From: Malacoraja senta | Taxonomy: Eukaryota | Direction of reading: 5' to 3' | Length of the DNA stretch: 64,000 nt | NCBI GenBank assembly: GCA_038087875.1 | Contig: CM075993.1 | Location: forward strand, 10,418,001 to 10,482,000 | Translations under genes and position numbers: made by a program | Notes under the pieces: generated by a model | Told to the model about the DNA's origin: nothing | Seen by the model: only the letters and a program-made list of their open reading frames with translations | Database searches by the model: none | Shown: piece by piece, positions 49,128 to 61,763 of the stretch | How the letters are laid out: each line of letters opens with the position of its first letter | How positions within the stretch are numbered: the stretch's first letter is position 1

Positions 49128-50167
49128 TAGCAATGTTACAAAATTTTGAGATTTAAAAAATAAAGTCTGCAATTTATCCCATCAGATAAAGCATAAAAAG
49201 AAGTTTAATTTGACACTTAATTCACTTTCATATCTTCAGTATTAAACAAGTTATGGCCATTATCATACTCAGAAATTAGCATCTAGTTCCCTATTGCTTT
49301 TCCATTGACTTAACACAAAAGCTGTGATCGAGGACAGTTAAAAGCCCATAACTTTCTTAAAAATTATGGTAACTGAAAGAAATTTTCAGGTATTATAGAT
49401 TGAAGCATTCTGAAACAAATATGAAACAATCTTACTTCGAAGACATGAAAGTAAAGCATATAATTAGTTAGTTACCTAATTGTAGCTAATTACAAAATTC
49501 AATTGCTAGATCTAAACATCTATCAATTTCTTAAGAATAGATTAACATTTTTAAATAGCCTAAGTGTCCAAATAACATTCACACAATAATTCACAATATA
49601 ACATAATTTTTAAATCTAATTTTCATGAATTTACAGGCCAAATGGAAGGAATTGAATGTTTAATACCTGTAAATTAATGGGGATTTAATTCATCTTGCGA
49701 GTGAGAATTTCTGGAACGCGATCTTTTGGAACGTTCATTTGCGGTGAATTTAACCCCGTATTGGCATAAAAATACTGCCGTTAATTCGGGGAATAAAATC
49801 ACCGTGTCGCATGACAAAATGTGAATTAAAGGCTTCTTAAGAAGCACTTTTATACATTTAAAGAAAGCACTTTCGTTTACCTGTCCATTGTGTGAAATCC
49901 GTCCCCGTTATTGGCGTTGACGCTTCAGGAGCTGCTTTTAAAATGACTGTAGCGCTGACATTGACGATTTAATTTTAAAAAAAAATTCACAAAACGCCGG
50001 TAGGAACGATTTTGTCAGCGAAGTTTTGTACTCCAACAAAATATTTCCAGGACAAGGGAGGATAAACCGCGTTTTAACCCCGCCCCCCCCTTAAAGGCGC
50101 CAAAATCGCGCACACGGCCAGTGGCAGAATTACAGCGCGACTGAAGGTAAGTTTTGTAACATACCTA
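49128..50167. mobile_element. Non-autonomous DNA transposon, 16-bp imperfect TIRs, copy 1
   Basis: TAGCAATGTTACAAAA...TTTTGTAACATACCTA; flanked by GATTAGA(T). Confidence 0.88.
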
Positions 50168-50312
50168 GATTAGATACGGGACTGCAATCTGGAAGGTGGA
50201 ACAAGCTGGGTAGCTCTTTCTCAACCAGTTCAAACACGATTGCCAAATGGCTGCATTTGTATTGCAAGTTTTCTATGATTCTATGAATGACACTAAAGTT
50301 CTAGACCCTATA

Positions 50313-51273
50313 CTGAACTGAACTGAACTGAATGCTATTTATTGTCATTCAAACCAAGGCTTGAACGAAATTTCATTACTACAGTTTTTTACATTACAAA
50401 AAAACCCAAGACCCACACTTAACACAGTTTACATAAACATCCATCACAGTGAGTCTCCAACACCTCACTGTGATGGAAGGCAAAGTCTTATCTCTTCCCT
50501 TTTATTCTTCACCCGCGGTCCAACAGTCCAACTGCAGCGTCTAGGCGAACTGGGGCTCCGGTGTTAAAGCCCCCGGCGGATGATGGTAAGTCCTGTGGCC
50601 ATTTAGCCACGCCGGGCGAGGCCAGGCCCCGGCTCCATGTCCTTTAAACCCCGCGGTTCAAGCAATCCAACCCGCGGTCCAACTGCAGCGTCTAGACGAA
50701 CTGGGGCTCCGATGTTAGAGCCCCCGGCGGGCGACGGTAAGTCCCGTGGCCGCTAACCCGCGCCGGGCGATGTTAGACTTCGCTCCGTGTCCTCCAAACC
50801 CCGCGATTCCAGTGGGAGAAGTTGCCGTTGCGGGAGCTCCGAAAAGCCGTCTCCCACCAGGGACCTGGAGTTCCCGATGTCCCTGTCCACCGGGCCCGCA
50901 GCCGGAGCTTCCGAAACTCCAAAGTCGGGTCGCAGCCGCACGCCACCACAGCTCTCCCCGCTCCGAAGCCGGCCAGCTCCGCGATATCAGGTCCCAGGCT
51001 CCATGACTGGAGCCCTCAGGTTGGTCCCGGCCGGAGGCCACCGCCGGCTCCACGATGTTAGGCCCAACGACATCGGAGATCCGACAGGGAAAAAGTCAGG
51101 TCCCCGTACAGGGAAGAGACTAACGGTTTCCCCCACATCCCCCCACTCCACCCCCCAAATATACACAGCTAAAAAATAATAAAAACTAAGCTCAAGACAT
51201 ACATTTAACAAGACAAAAATTAAAAACAAGACGGACGACTGTAGACGAGCCGCTGCCGTTAGGCGCCGCCACA
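50313..51273 (-). mobile_element. GC-rich non-coding retroposon with AATAAA + (TTCAG)n tail and internal tandem repeat
   Basis: Tail at 50313-50345; about 150-bp imperfect direct repeats from 50511 and 50670; no recognisable protein. Confidence 0.65.
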
Positions 51274-51876
51274 CCCACTATGAAGTTGACGCAGTGGGTT
51301 GTGATGCGATGAACATTTTTTGAAGAAGTGCAGTTACTGATCTTCTCAGTAGCCATAACTTGTTTAAACCAGCATCTGCAGTTGCTTCCTACACACTGGC
51401 TGTTTATGGATTGCTTCAAATGAGTTACGTATACATTGGTCTGTTATCAGTATGATCCATATCATTGGAATTTTTTGATATCTGCTGCCTGCAACAGGTT
51501 TGTGCTCTTTGGTTAGTGAACCACATGTGTTTCTATTGCATCTAGTAGATTTCCTATTCTCTCCCCAAATTCTAGGTTCTAAACAGAATTTAAATTCTGC
51601 AACTGCTATGGTAGAATTTGAACTCTGGTCTTAGATTACTTATTTAATAATTTAGCTTCTGCATCATAACCAAACCTGTCACGGACATTGGCGTACATTT
51701 TTCTTGAGATTAATCAAAAATATAGAAACGATCAGAAATATTTTGCAATGATTAAAAACGTTATTATAATATTTATGACAATATATGTTGCATATGAATT
51801 CTGAATGGTGTTCCCATCAGTTAGGATGCAGTGGCAATCCTTAAATCTACCTCATTGTGGACCTTGACCTTTTGGA

Positions 51877-52157
51877 GTTTAGAGATACAGGCCCTTCAGC
51901 CGATCAAGTCCGCGACACCCAGTGATCACCCCGTACACTAACACTATCCTACACACTGGGAAAAAGTTAAATTTTTACTGAAGCCAATTAACCTACAAAC
52001 CTGTAGGTCTTTGGAGTGTGGGATGAAACCGGAGCACCCGGAGAAAACCCACGCGGTCACAGGGAGAATGTACAAAATCCGTCCGGACAGCACTTGAGGT
52101 CAGGATCAAACCCAGGTCTCTGGCGCTGTAAGACAGCAGCTCTATCCCTGTGCCACT
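51877..52157 (-). mobile_element. V-SINE
   Basis: Family similarity. Confidence 0.83.
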
Positions 52158-52366
52158 TTGTCTCTGGAACTGTAATGCTGCAATGCTGAAAACTATATTC
52201 TGCGCTCTGGTAGTTTTCTCTTCGTATATCTGTTGCACCCGTGTATGACTTGATTGTACTCGGTATTTTCTAATTTTTTTGGACAGCATGCAAACAAAAG
52301 CTTTATCTGTATCTTAATTCATGTGAAAATAATAAACCAGCATGATGAAATGCCAATACCAATTAA

Positions 52367-52542
52367 TTTGTAGGAAGGAACTGCAGATGCTGCTTTACAC
52401 CGAAGATAGACACAAGATGCTGGAGTAACTCAGCGGGTCAGGTAGCATCTCTGGTGAAAAGGAATAGGTGACGTTAAGGGTCTTCAGACTGAAGAATATG
52501 CTGCCTGACCCGCTGAGTTGCTCCAGCATTTTGTGTCTATAT
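52367..52542. mobile_element. PLE-derived palindrome with 14-bp TSD, about 70 nt upstream of a HERC1 acceptor
   Basis: CCAATACCAATTAA at 52353-52366 and 52543-52556. Confidence 0.83.
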
Positions 52543-52614
52543 CCAATACCAATTAAAATGTATTTAATTTCTAGCCTATTGTGTGTACATTTGCTGACTT
52601 TCTTTTGCATCTAG

Positions 52615-53129
52615 GTTAAAATATGTGAGATGCAAATGCGGGGAACGCCCAGAGATCTACTGCCCGGCGATCCTATCTGTAGCCCTGTGGCTACTGTGCT
52701 GGCCGAGGCCACCATCCAACTCATCCGCATTTTGCATCGTACCGATAAGTGGACTCGATGTATCAATAAAAACATGATGGATCGTTTGCAGAAAGTCAAG
52801 TCATGCATTAAAGATGTCAGCCAGAAACTGAAGAAGAGCCGTTCTGTGCAAAGCAGAGAGGAGCATGAAATGAAGGAAGAGAGTAAGGAGGATGAAAAGG
52901 GCAAGCACAGCAAGCATGGCTTGACAGAACTGACAGAAATCCAGCTGCGGACTCTCTGCACTGAGGTATGGCCGGTGCTGGCAGTAATCGGTGGTGTGGA
53001 CACTGGTCTACGGGTTGGAGGCAGGTGCATTCACAAGCAAACAGGAAGACATGCTACTCTTTTAGGTGTGGTCAAGGAAGGGAGCACTTCAGCCAAGGTG
53101 CAGTGGGATGATGCTGAAATAACCATAAG
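52615..53129 (+). CDS. HERC1: HERC1 exon (VKICEMQMRGTPRDLLPGDP..KVQWDDAEITI)
   Basis: atctag/GTAGGT; phase-consistent. Confidence 0.98.
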
Positions 53130-54358
53130 GTAGGTACATTGCAAGTCTTACGTTGAATAAGCTCATTGGCTTAGTTACTAGTTGTTATAGTGGCAATAAC
53201 TGCTTTCTACCTATTGCTCTAGTGCATTTGTTATTATCTGGCCACGAAATGGGAGTTAGAGTAGCAGCTGTATTCTCTAGACTCAAGATTGTTTTATTTT
53301 GTCATATGTCCCAGACAGAACAATGAAATTCTTACTTGCAGCAGCACAATAGAATAATGAAGTTGTTAGCAGTATATTACAGCAGGATGTGATACTGATG
53401 CGCATAATATTTTTGGTGATATTGGTAGGGACTGTTATTCATTCAAATATACTCTAGATTCTCCATTGACAGAACCCATTACTGGTGACCTCCCCCTCTG
53501 GCTTCAGCTGTTCAGATCATGGAAATTCGCTCTTACAGAATTCACAGATCATTTCCCAAACATTTGACATACGGAATAAAATTAGCTCCTACAGAATTTA
53601 CACTCAAAAGAAAAGTAAATAAATAAACGCAAAAATGTATTATCTTCAGCATGTGGTGGGATGGCTTCCCGTTAGAGAAAATCACGGATACGGACTGTTT
53701 TCTGGGAGTGCAACACTCCTTCCCCCACCAGTAACATGCAGGTCACCTGTACACAGACTGTGCAGAATGAATTTGCTAACTCAATTGAAACCCACTACTT
53801 GACACAGTTGATGCTGGGTCGATTTCATATGTAACAAAAATGCAAGCACTTTAGTTGGTGGATAAAGCTGCTTTCTTGACCTCCAGATGTTGCAATCAAA
53901 TGCCACTTTTTTTCCCCCTTTGCTGGGATCTAAAAACTCCATCTGTATATTTTGTAATACATTGTGGAATTATAAAACTCAGCAATGTTGAATATGGATA
54001 TGTAATGCTGATAAATATTTGCTAATTGCCCATATTTCATTGCTGTATTCTTATAATCAGTTTAAATTCACTACTAGTTATTTCGAGCATTGTTGCTTAA
54101 TTAATGGACATTTAAGTTTGACATCCATTTCCACAAAATTGGGCTTGGTTTAAAAGAGTAGGCACTTGTTTGAAGGGAGTTGTCATTTATCTCTGTCTCC
54201 TCTCTTTAAGAAGTAAATGTAATGATTTCATTCTACACTGCACATAAACGTCATGCCTTTCTGCATCCATATGCTTCTATAACAACATAGTCGTGTGTAC
54301 ATTCCTCTTGTCTATCCCTCACTTGCTTCTTCCTGTGTCATTCTGAATCTGATTAAAG

Positions 54359-55155
54359 CTTCCCAACTTCTTGGTCACCCAGTGACACGCCACTCTACAA
54401 CCTGGAGCCCTGTGATCCACTGCCGTTCGATGTGTCGCGTTTCCGTGGGTTGACTGCTTCGCTGCTGCTCGATCTCATGTATCTAACTGGCATCCACGAA
54501 GATGGAACCAAACAGAGTGCGAGAAGACATGAGAAAAAACACAGGCACGAATCTGAAGAAAAAGCAGAAGTGGAGCAGAAACCCGAGGCCGACTCTACAA
54601 AAGAAGCCATTGATCAGCGAGCAATAACTCAATCATCTGAGGAAACTAAGGGTTTTATGCAATGTGGTGCTTCTAGTTCTCGATCAGAAAATGATATTTC
54701 AACTTGCACTATGGACTCCGTACATCTCAGTTTAGATTCTCATCAGCATTTTCTCGAGGGAAAACGAAAACTGCACGAGCACTTGCTCAGAAATCACGAC
54801 TTAGTTCAGTCAGAAATCCGAGCAGTTCAGTTGTCTTACCTGTATCTTGGTGCTATGAAGACACTGAGTGCACTGCTGAGCTGCAGTAAGTATGCAGAGC
54901 TGCTGCTGATCCCGAAGGTTTTAACTGAGAATGGCCACAACTCGGACTGTGCTGGCTCCCCGGTTATTCAGGATGACGTGGAGATGAGATCTGCGCTCCA
55001 GTTCCTGATGCGCCACATGGTGAAACGGGCCATCATGCGATCGCCAATTAAGAGAGCTTTGGGGCTGTCTGATCTGGAGCGTGCGCAGGCCGTGATTTAC
55101 AAACTGATTGTGAGCTCCTTGCTGGACGATCACTGTGGCGGAAAAGCTAAACAAG
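54359..55155 (+). CDS. HERC1: HERC1 long exon (FPTSWSPSDTPLYNLEP..QSEIRAVQLSYLYLGAMK..GGKAKQ)
   Basis: ttaaag/GTATAG; alternative in-frame acceptor possible at 54383. Confidence 0.95.
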
Positions 55156-55501
55156 GTATAGTTACTTTTAATGTATATCCAGTCAGCCGCCACTGGTCTC
55201 AGAGGTTTAGTAGATCGGTAATGAATGTCATCCTGTTCTAAATGCATGCTGATTAATTAATACACTTGCATGAAAGTAATGTAAGAATGTTAGAAAGAGG
55301 ACCAGTGGAAGGCCACCCAAACCCTTGATTCTGCTCCGCATTCGATAAGATCATGACTGATCCTGTACAGCACAAAAATAGGCTCTTCGGCAAATCTTGC
55401 TGATCAAGATGGCATTCTGGGCTAGTCCCATTTACCTGCTCTTGGCCTATATTCCTCTGAACCCTAACCAATCCACACATTTATCCAAATGTCTTTTAAA
55501 G

Positions 55502-55810
55502 GGGTGGCATGGTGGCGCAGCGGTAGAGTAGCCGCTTTACAGCGCTTACAGTGCCAGAGACCCGGGTTCGATTCCGACTACGGGTGCTGTCTATACGGGG
55601 TTTGTACGTTCTCCCCGTGACTCTGGGTTTTCTATGAGATCTTTGGTTTCCTCCCACACTCCAAAGACGTACATGTTTGTAGGTCAATTGGCTTGGTATA
55701 TGTGTAAAATTGTCCCTAGTGTGTGTCGGATAGTGTTAATTTGCAGGGAGCGGACTGTCGGTGCGGACTCGGTGGGCCTGTTTCCGCGCTGTATCTCTAA
55801 ACTAAACTAA
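55502..55810 (+). mobile_element. V-SINE
   Basis: GGTTCGATTCC B box, V-domain, CTAAA tail. Confidence 0.87.
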
Positions 55811-56301
55811 AAAAGTTGTAATTGCATCTGTTTCTATAGTTTCATTTTGCAGCATGTTCCAGATACGGACTAACTTCTATTTAGAATCCTCTGCCCTGGG
55901 AAAAAGACTGTGTGTTCACTTTATCCATGCCCTTCATAATCTTGAACACCTCAGCCACCTATCTCCAAAAGAAAACGTCTTCCTACCATGCAAGCCAAGG
56001 AAAGATCCTGATGAATCTCTTTGCAGCTTTTCCACTGATCAGATGAATACAGTCCTACCCAGCTGGATGAGGTTGCGGTCAATCATACCAAAAGCAGTAG
56101 AAGGGTCAAGAATGATGAGGCTAATGAGAATTTAAAGTAGGAAAACCTGCTCAATGTTCATGTCTTTTTTTTCCTGTATGCCCAGAGAAAAAGATCCCAC
56201 CTGTAAATGCCTATGCATGCTGTTCTGTTTTGCACTGCGTTCTCCAAAAGAAAACATTAATCTGAACCCCTGCTGGTGTAAGCAGTGTAACACGATCCAT
56301 T

Positions 56302-56508
56302 TGCAGGAAAGAACTGCAGATGCTGGTTTAAATCGAAGGTAGACACAAAATGCTGGAGTAACTCAGCGGGTCAGGCAGCATCTCTGGAGAGAAGGAATGG
56401 GTGAAGTTTCGGGTCTGAAGAAAGGTCTCTACCGGAAACGTCACCCATTCCTTCTCCCCAGAGATGCTGCCTGACCTGCTGAGTTACTCCAGCATTCTGT
56501 GTCTACCT
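56302..56508. mobile_element. PLE-derived palindrome with 10-bp TSD
   Basis: ACGATCCATT at 56292-56301 and 56509-56518. Confidence 0.85.
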
Positions 56509-56577
56509 ACGATCCATTAGCAAACTGCCTGATTTTCAAAGCTCAAATTATTATGATCAAATGTGACAAATTATGAT

Positions 56578-57192
56578 CAGTGGTAGATCTGCTGCCTCAC
56601 AGCGCCTGCGATCCGGATTCGATCCTGACTATGCTTGTTGTCTGTACGGAGTTTGCACGTTCTTCCTGCGACCACGTGGGTTTTCCCCGGGTGCTCCGGT
56701 TTCCTCCCACACTCCAAAGACATACAGGTTTGTAGGTTTATTGGCTTTGGTAAAAATTGGAAATTGGCCCTAGTATGGTAACTGAAATTTCACTGTACCT
56801 TGGGTACACAACAATGCTGGAGAAACTCAGCGGGTGCAGCAGCATCTATGGAGCGAAGGAAATAGGCGACGTTTCGGGCCGAAACCCTTCCGGGTTTCGT
56901 CCCGAAACGTTGCCTATTTCCTTCAGGGTTTCGGCCCGAAACGTTGCCTATTTCCTTCGCTCCATAGATGCTGCTGCACCTGCTGAGTTTCTCCAGCATT
57001 TTTGTGTACCTTCAATTTTCCAGTATCTGCAGTTCCTTCTTTAACACTTTCACTGTACCTTAATTGGTACATGTGACAATAAACTGACCTTGAAACCTTG
57101 ACCTTGTATGTATGATAGTATTAGTGTGCGGGGATCGCTGGTCGGCGCAGACTTAGTGGGCCAAAGGGCCTGTTTCAGCGCTGCATCTCTAA
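56578..57192 (+). mobile_element. V-SINE containing a retroposon tail fragment, which contains a PLE palindrome (56802-57047)
   Basis: SINE halves rejoin; TSD TTTCACTGTACCTT at 56788-56801 and 57048-57061. Confidence 0.82.
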
Positions 57193-57474
57193 ATGTCACT
57201 CTGAATATTGTAGTTAAATAGAAGATCCTGCAAGCAGGGGGAATTATGTTAATTGAGGAATGATTTGTTTTCATTTCAATTTAATTTAATTATTTTCAAG
57301 AAGGATTCCATGTGCTCCAACTCAGATTAAATCCTGAGTTGTTTAGTCAGTAACGTTACACAGGTGAAGGATTATGCTTTATTTGCAGAGGATATGGATA
57401 TTACAAAGTAAATCTCATTTATAATATTACTTGTGGTTTATTAATTTATTGCTGCTTTTGTGTATTCCCAGCAG

Positions 57475-57673
57475 ATGTCTGCCAACAGCCTGAGGAAATG
57501 GACACAGCTGTGCAGGCTCAAACACCCGTGACTACCAGCCCGTCTGCTTCCAGCACCACTTCGTTCATGAGCAGTTCTCTTGAAGACACCACCACTGCTA
57601 CCACCCCTGTCACTGACACAGAAACTGTGCCTGCCTCAGAATCACCAAGTGTAATGCCACTCAGCCTTTTACG
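57475..57673 (+). CDS. HERC1: HERC1 exon (..QAQTPVTTSPSASSTTSFMSSSLED..MPLSLL)
   Basis: CAGCAG acceptor (start 57472 or 57475)/GTATGT. Confidence 0.95.
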
Positions 57674-59345
57674 GTATGTGCATTTGTACTAGAATAGTGG
57701 TCATACGCACAGCAATAGGCCATTTTATCCCACCTCGCCCATGCCGTCTGTGATGTTTATCCACATTAATCCCATTTGCCTGCCTTGGGTCTATATCCAT
57801 CTAGGCCTTTTCCGTCCATGTACCTTTCCAAATGCCTTTCAGACATTGTATTTGTACACAACACAAGTCCGGTACCCTTGATTCTACAGTCTTTCTGGAT
57901 TATCTGTTTTGCCAGACCAACAAAAGTCATGGCCTCCGAGAGGAGTCCAACGGTAACAGAACGGTCCGCCAAGGCTGCCCAGGGGCCGAGATACCGGCCT
58001 GCAAGGTCGGCTTCGGAAGTCAACTATGGGAATGTTCTGCCGGCTCCGGCTGGGCCGGAATTCCCGAGCCCCGGCTGCAGGGAGCAAATTCGACCTGCCA
58101 ATTGGCGCAGAAATCCCGATGACGTGGAGATCGGCCACCTCACCCGAGCTTAATGCAACATTTTCAGGGGGATTTCAAGTGCGCGGACTAAAGGAGGTGT
58201 AAGACCACCAGTTGCCAGAAAATCGGTGGGGGACCTGTACTCCAGATAGAGCGTAACCAATGTTTTGTGCAGCTATAACGTGGGGTCCCAACTCTTTTCT
58301 TAATGCTCCAACCTATGAAGGCAAGCACACCCAAGTATTTCCTTCATTACTCCATCCACTTGCATTAACATTTTTAGGGAGTTATGGACTTGCACCCCAA
58401 AGTATATCTGTACATCAGTGCCTGAAGGGTCTGTGTCATTTATTCTCCATGTCCTACCAGAATTTGACTTTCCAAAGTGCATAACCTCTCAGTTCTCGGA
58501 TTCGATTCCATCTGTCACTTCTCTGCCTAACGTTCCAGCTACAGCTACGTCAATGCCCTGCTAAATTCCAAACTTCTTTTCTATCCATGACCATAAATGT
58601 TCATGATGTCTGCAGGCTTACTAATCAAATCAGCCATATTTTCATCCTATATATATTACAAGCAACAATTCCTAGCCGCTATTCCTGTGATACACCATTT
58701 GTTGCAGACTTCCAGGCAGAAAAACGTCACCCACCACTACCCTCTGCCTCCCATCACCAAACCAATTTTAGATCCATTTCACCAACACGCCTTGAGTCCC
58801 TTGTGTCTTAATCTTCTAATTATGTGAGGGAAAACAATTTGAAGCTCTGAAGTTGTATATGAAACAAAAAATGTTCAAAAGAATATATTTGATATTCTTT
58901 ACTGTAGCCCTTATTAGATGAGGAATACATTGCTTCAAAATGTTATCCTGTTATGCAGTTTTAAACTCTAAAATCATATGAAAATTAAAACACCCGCTGT
59001 AAAAGAAAGATTTCATAATTGAATGTGAGCACTTTATAAGTACTGAAAGAAGGGTCTCGACCTGAAACGTCATCCATTCCACTATCCAGAGATGCTCCCT
59101 GTCCCGCTGAGTTACTCCAGCATTCTGTGTCAATCTTTGGTGTAAACCAGCATCTGCAGTTCCTTCCTACACACTGAAAGTCTGCGTGCCTGGCTTTGAT
59201 GTTGTTGAAAAGGATGGAGATGGGAGAGGTGCAAAAAGATTACTCTGGTGCATGCCTGTGATATTTTGAGTAGTTTCGTTGTTAATATTGTTGGTCTAAT
59301 ACATTTTTTGTTGGAGAAAGTAATCCATAATATTGTCTCTGCCAG

Positions 59346-59506
59346 CCAAATGTTCTCCAGTTACCCAACTACCACCTTGCTGCCCACTCGACGAGCGCAA
59401 ACTCCACCCATGTCTTCCTTGCCAACCTCACCTACGGAAGAGGTGGGTAGACGTCAAAGCCTCACGTCACCAGACTCACAGCCAACCCGACCAACAAACC
59501 GAACAG
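59346..59506 (+). CDS. HERC1: HERC1 exon (QMFSSYPTTT..VGRRQSLTSPDSQ..NRT)
   Basis: gccag/GTACTG; phase-consistent. Confidence 0.97.
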
Positions 59507-59707
59507 GTACTGAAAGCAATGAATGTGCTGCTGGAATAAGGCCCGGCTTTGCTGGTTTTCCTTCTTCAGCTGTTCATCCTAAATTTTCATTTCATTGAGA
59601 ATACACACCATAGATCAATTTAGACCATGCATTTCCCAAATCTGTTCATTTGCTCCATTATCTTGGGGCATAATCCCAGGCTGCTTTAAATAAGAAGAGT
59701 ATTCCAA

Positions 59708-59991
59708 ATTGGAGAAGCAGCACCCCATATTTCGCTTGGGCAGTTTACACCCCAGCGGTATGAACTTGGACCTCCAATTTCAGGTAGTCCTTGCTTTCTC
59801 CCTCCTTCCCCTCCCTTTCCCAGCTCTCTCACAGCCCACTGTCTCCGCCTCTTCCTTTCTTCTTCCTGCCCCCCCCCCACCCCAACCTCCACATCAGTCT
59901 GAAGAATGGTCTCGACTCGAAACGTCACCTATTCCTTCGCTCCATAGATGCTGCCTCACCCGCTGAGATTCTCCAGCATTTTTGTCTACCT
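59708..59991 (+). mobile_element. PLE 3' fragment
   Basis: EKQHPIFRLGSLHPSGMN and terminal repeat. Confidence 0.82.
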
Positions 59992-60340
59992 AGTATTCTG
60001 ATGGTGCTCTGTATGGAGCTGTTAGCACATATACACACTCTGAATAAAAAATGGATCAGATTATTTTCAATGACAAAAAGTGAGAGGGAAAATGGAGGGA
60101 AAAAATGAGTTCAATGGTTCTTTTATAGCGTTTGGAAGAGGATGCATTGCACAATTTATTTTTGTGTTTGATATCTGAAGATCTGGCTTCAAAATATCAA
60201 GAGCTGTGACATTGGAACAAAATGTGTTAAAACAATTAACAGTCCCCAAATCCGATGAATCAATGTTACAAACTACTGCAGAGACTGGCAGTATAATTGT
60301 TACGTGCCAGCAGATAATTAAATGTTCCTTATTTTATTAG

Positions 60341-60457
60341 CTTCATCTGATCCTAGTAGCAGACTGTCAACTTCACCACCACCACCACCCATTGCTGTTC
60401 CTCTTTTGGAAATGGGTTTCTCTCTCAGGCAGATTACAAAAGCCATGGAAGCCACGG
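60341..60457 (+). CDS. HERC1: HERC1 exon, UBA-like (SSDPSSRLSTSPPPPPIAVPLLEMGFSLRQITKAMEAT)
   Basis: tattag/GTAAGC; LLEMGF motif. Confidence 0.97.
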
Positions 60458-60580
60458 GTAAGCTCATTACTGGCTTATTTTCTTTGCTGCGATATATCAA
60501 ACTAGTGGAAGAGAAGAAATGTTGAGATACCATGTATTAGATAATTGATCTAGACCCTCAAATGAGACATGTTACATGAC

Positions 60581-61022
60581 CATATAACCATATAACAATT
60601 ACAGCACGGAAACAGGCCATCTCGGCCCTTCTAGTCCGTGCCGAACACTTACTCACCGAGTCCCATTTACCTGCACTCAGACCATAACCCTCCATTCCTT
60701 TCCCGTCCATATACCTATCCAATTTATTTTTAAATTATAAAATCGAACCTGCCTCCACCACTTCCACTGGAAGCTCATTCCACACAGCTACCACTCTCTG
60801 AGTAAAGAAGTTCCCCCTCATGTTACCCCTAAACTTTTGTCCCTTAATTCTCAAATCATGTCCCTACTCTCAATGGAAAAAGCTTATCCACGTGACAAAT
60901 TCCTAAACCCTGTATTATTTGTGTGTAAAAAAAACAAAAACAGTTGCTTGCGTGTTCTTGATTCCCCTACTCTGGGCAAGAGACTCTGCGTTGACCCGAT
61001 CTATTCCTCATGATTTTGTACA
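60581..61022 (-). mobile_element. CR1 3' end of a different family, (GTTATATG)n tail
   Basis: CATATAAC repeats followed by CR1-type 3' UTR and ORF2 end. Confidence 0.75.
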
Positions 61023-61534
61023 CCAACAGGACTTGTCTACCAACAAGAAAAGCAAGGGCTTCAAATAATGGGAACGACAATATCATAACTTTTGAAATAT
61101 ATTTTCCGTATTCAGTGCAAGATTGTTCTCCCACAGGGATTATGTGTTGAGACATTACTGTCTGTGATGTATGCACTATGGTGAATATTACTCCAGATGA
61201 TCGTGACTTTTTTTTGCCTTCTATCATGGTCATACAACAGGGAAACAGGCCCTTTTCTCCATACCGATCAATTTCTCCATACCAACCAAGCTGCCCCATC
61301 GAAGTTAGTTCCATTTGCAAGCAGCTAGTCTATATTACTCTTCCTATCCATGTACCTGTCCAAGAGTCTTTTAAATGTTATAATGCCTGCATCAGTTACT
61401 TCCTCTGACAGTACGTATACCCACCATCATCCTGTCCTTAGATTGTTACTTTAAATGTGGGAGGTGGAATTGAGGAAAAAGTTACCCAAGTTGTGAGTTT
61501 ACTGAATGGTTTTGTATTTATGTAACTGTATAAG

Positions 61535-61763
61535 GGGCTAGAGGAGAGGCAGATGCCCAGAACATTACTGTGTTGGCCATGTGGATGATTGAGCACCCAG
61601 GCACGGAAGAGGATGATGAGCCACAGTCGACAGTCCCCACAGATTCATGCTATGGGGCAACTGCTTCAGGCAATGGGGACAAGTCCAGAGACCAAGGCTA
61701 CCTGCAGTCACCTGAAATACCTGCTGCTGATGCCACTGAAGCGGAAGAGGGTTTCAGTGAGGG
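61535..61763 (+). CDS. HERC1: HERC1 exon (ARGEADAQNITVLAMWMIEHPG..EEGFSE)
   Basis: tataag/GTAAGT; phase-consistent. Confidence 0.96.

Noticed and set aside
50715..51274. Cluster of overlapping ORFs on both strands
   Set aside because: Expected in GC-rich sequence; no recognisable motifs or splice context
52611..55247. Antisense ORFs over large HERC1 exons
   Set aside because: Shadow frames of the real coding exons
7913..57047. Recurring palindromic repeat as a CRISPR array or REP system
   Set aside because: Dispersed, no regular spacers, vertebrate intronic context, and directly attached to PLE GIY-YIG ORFs
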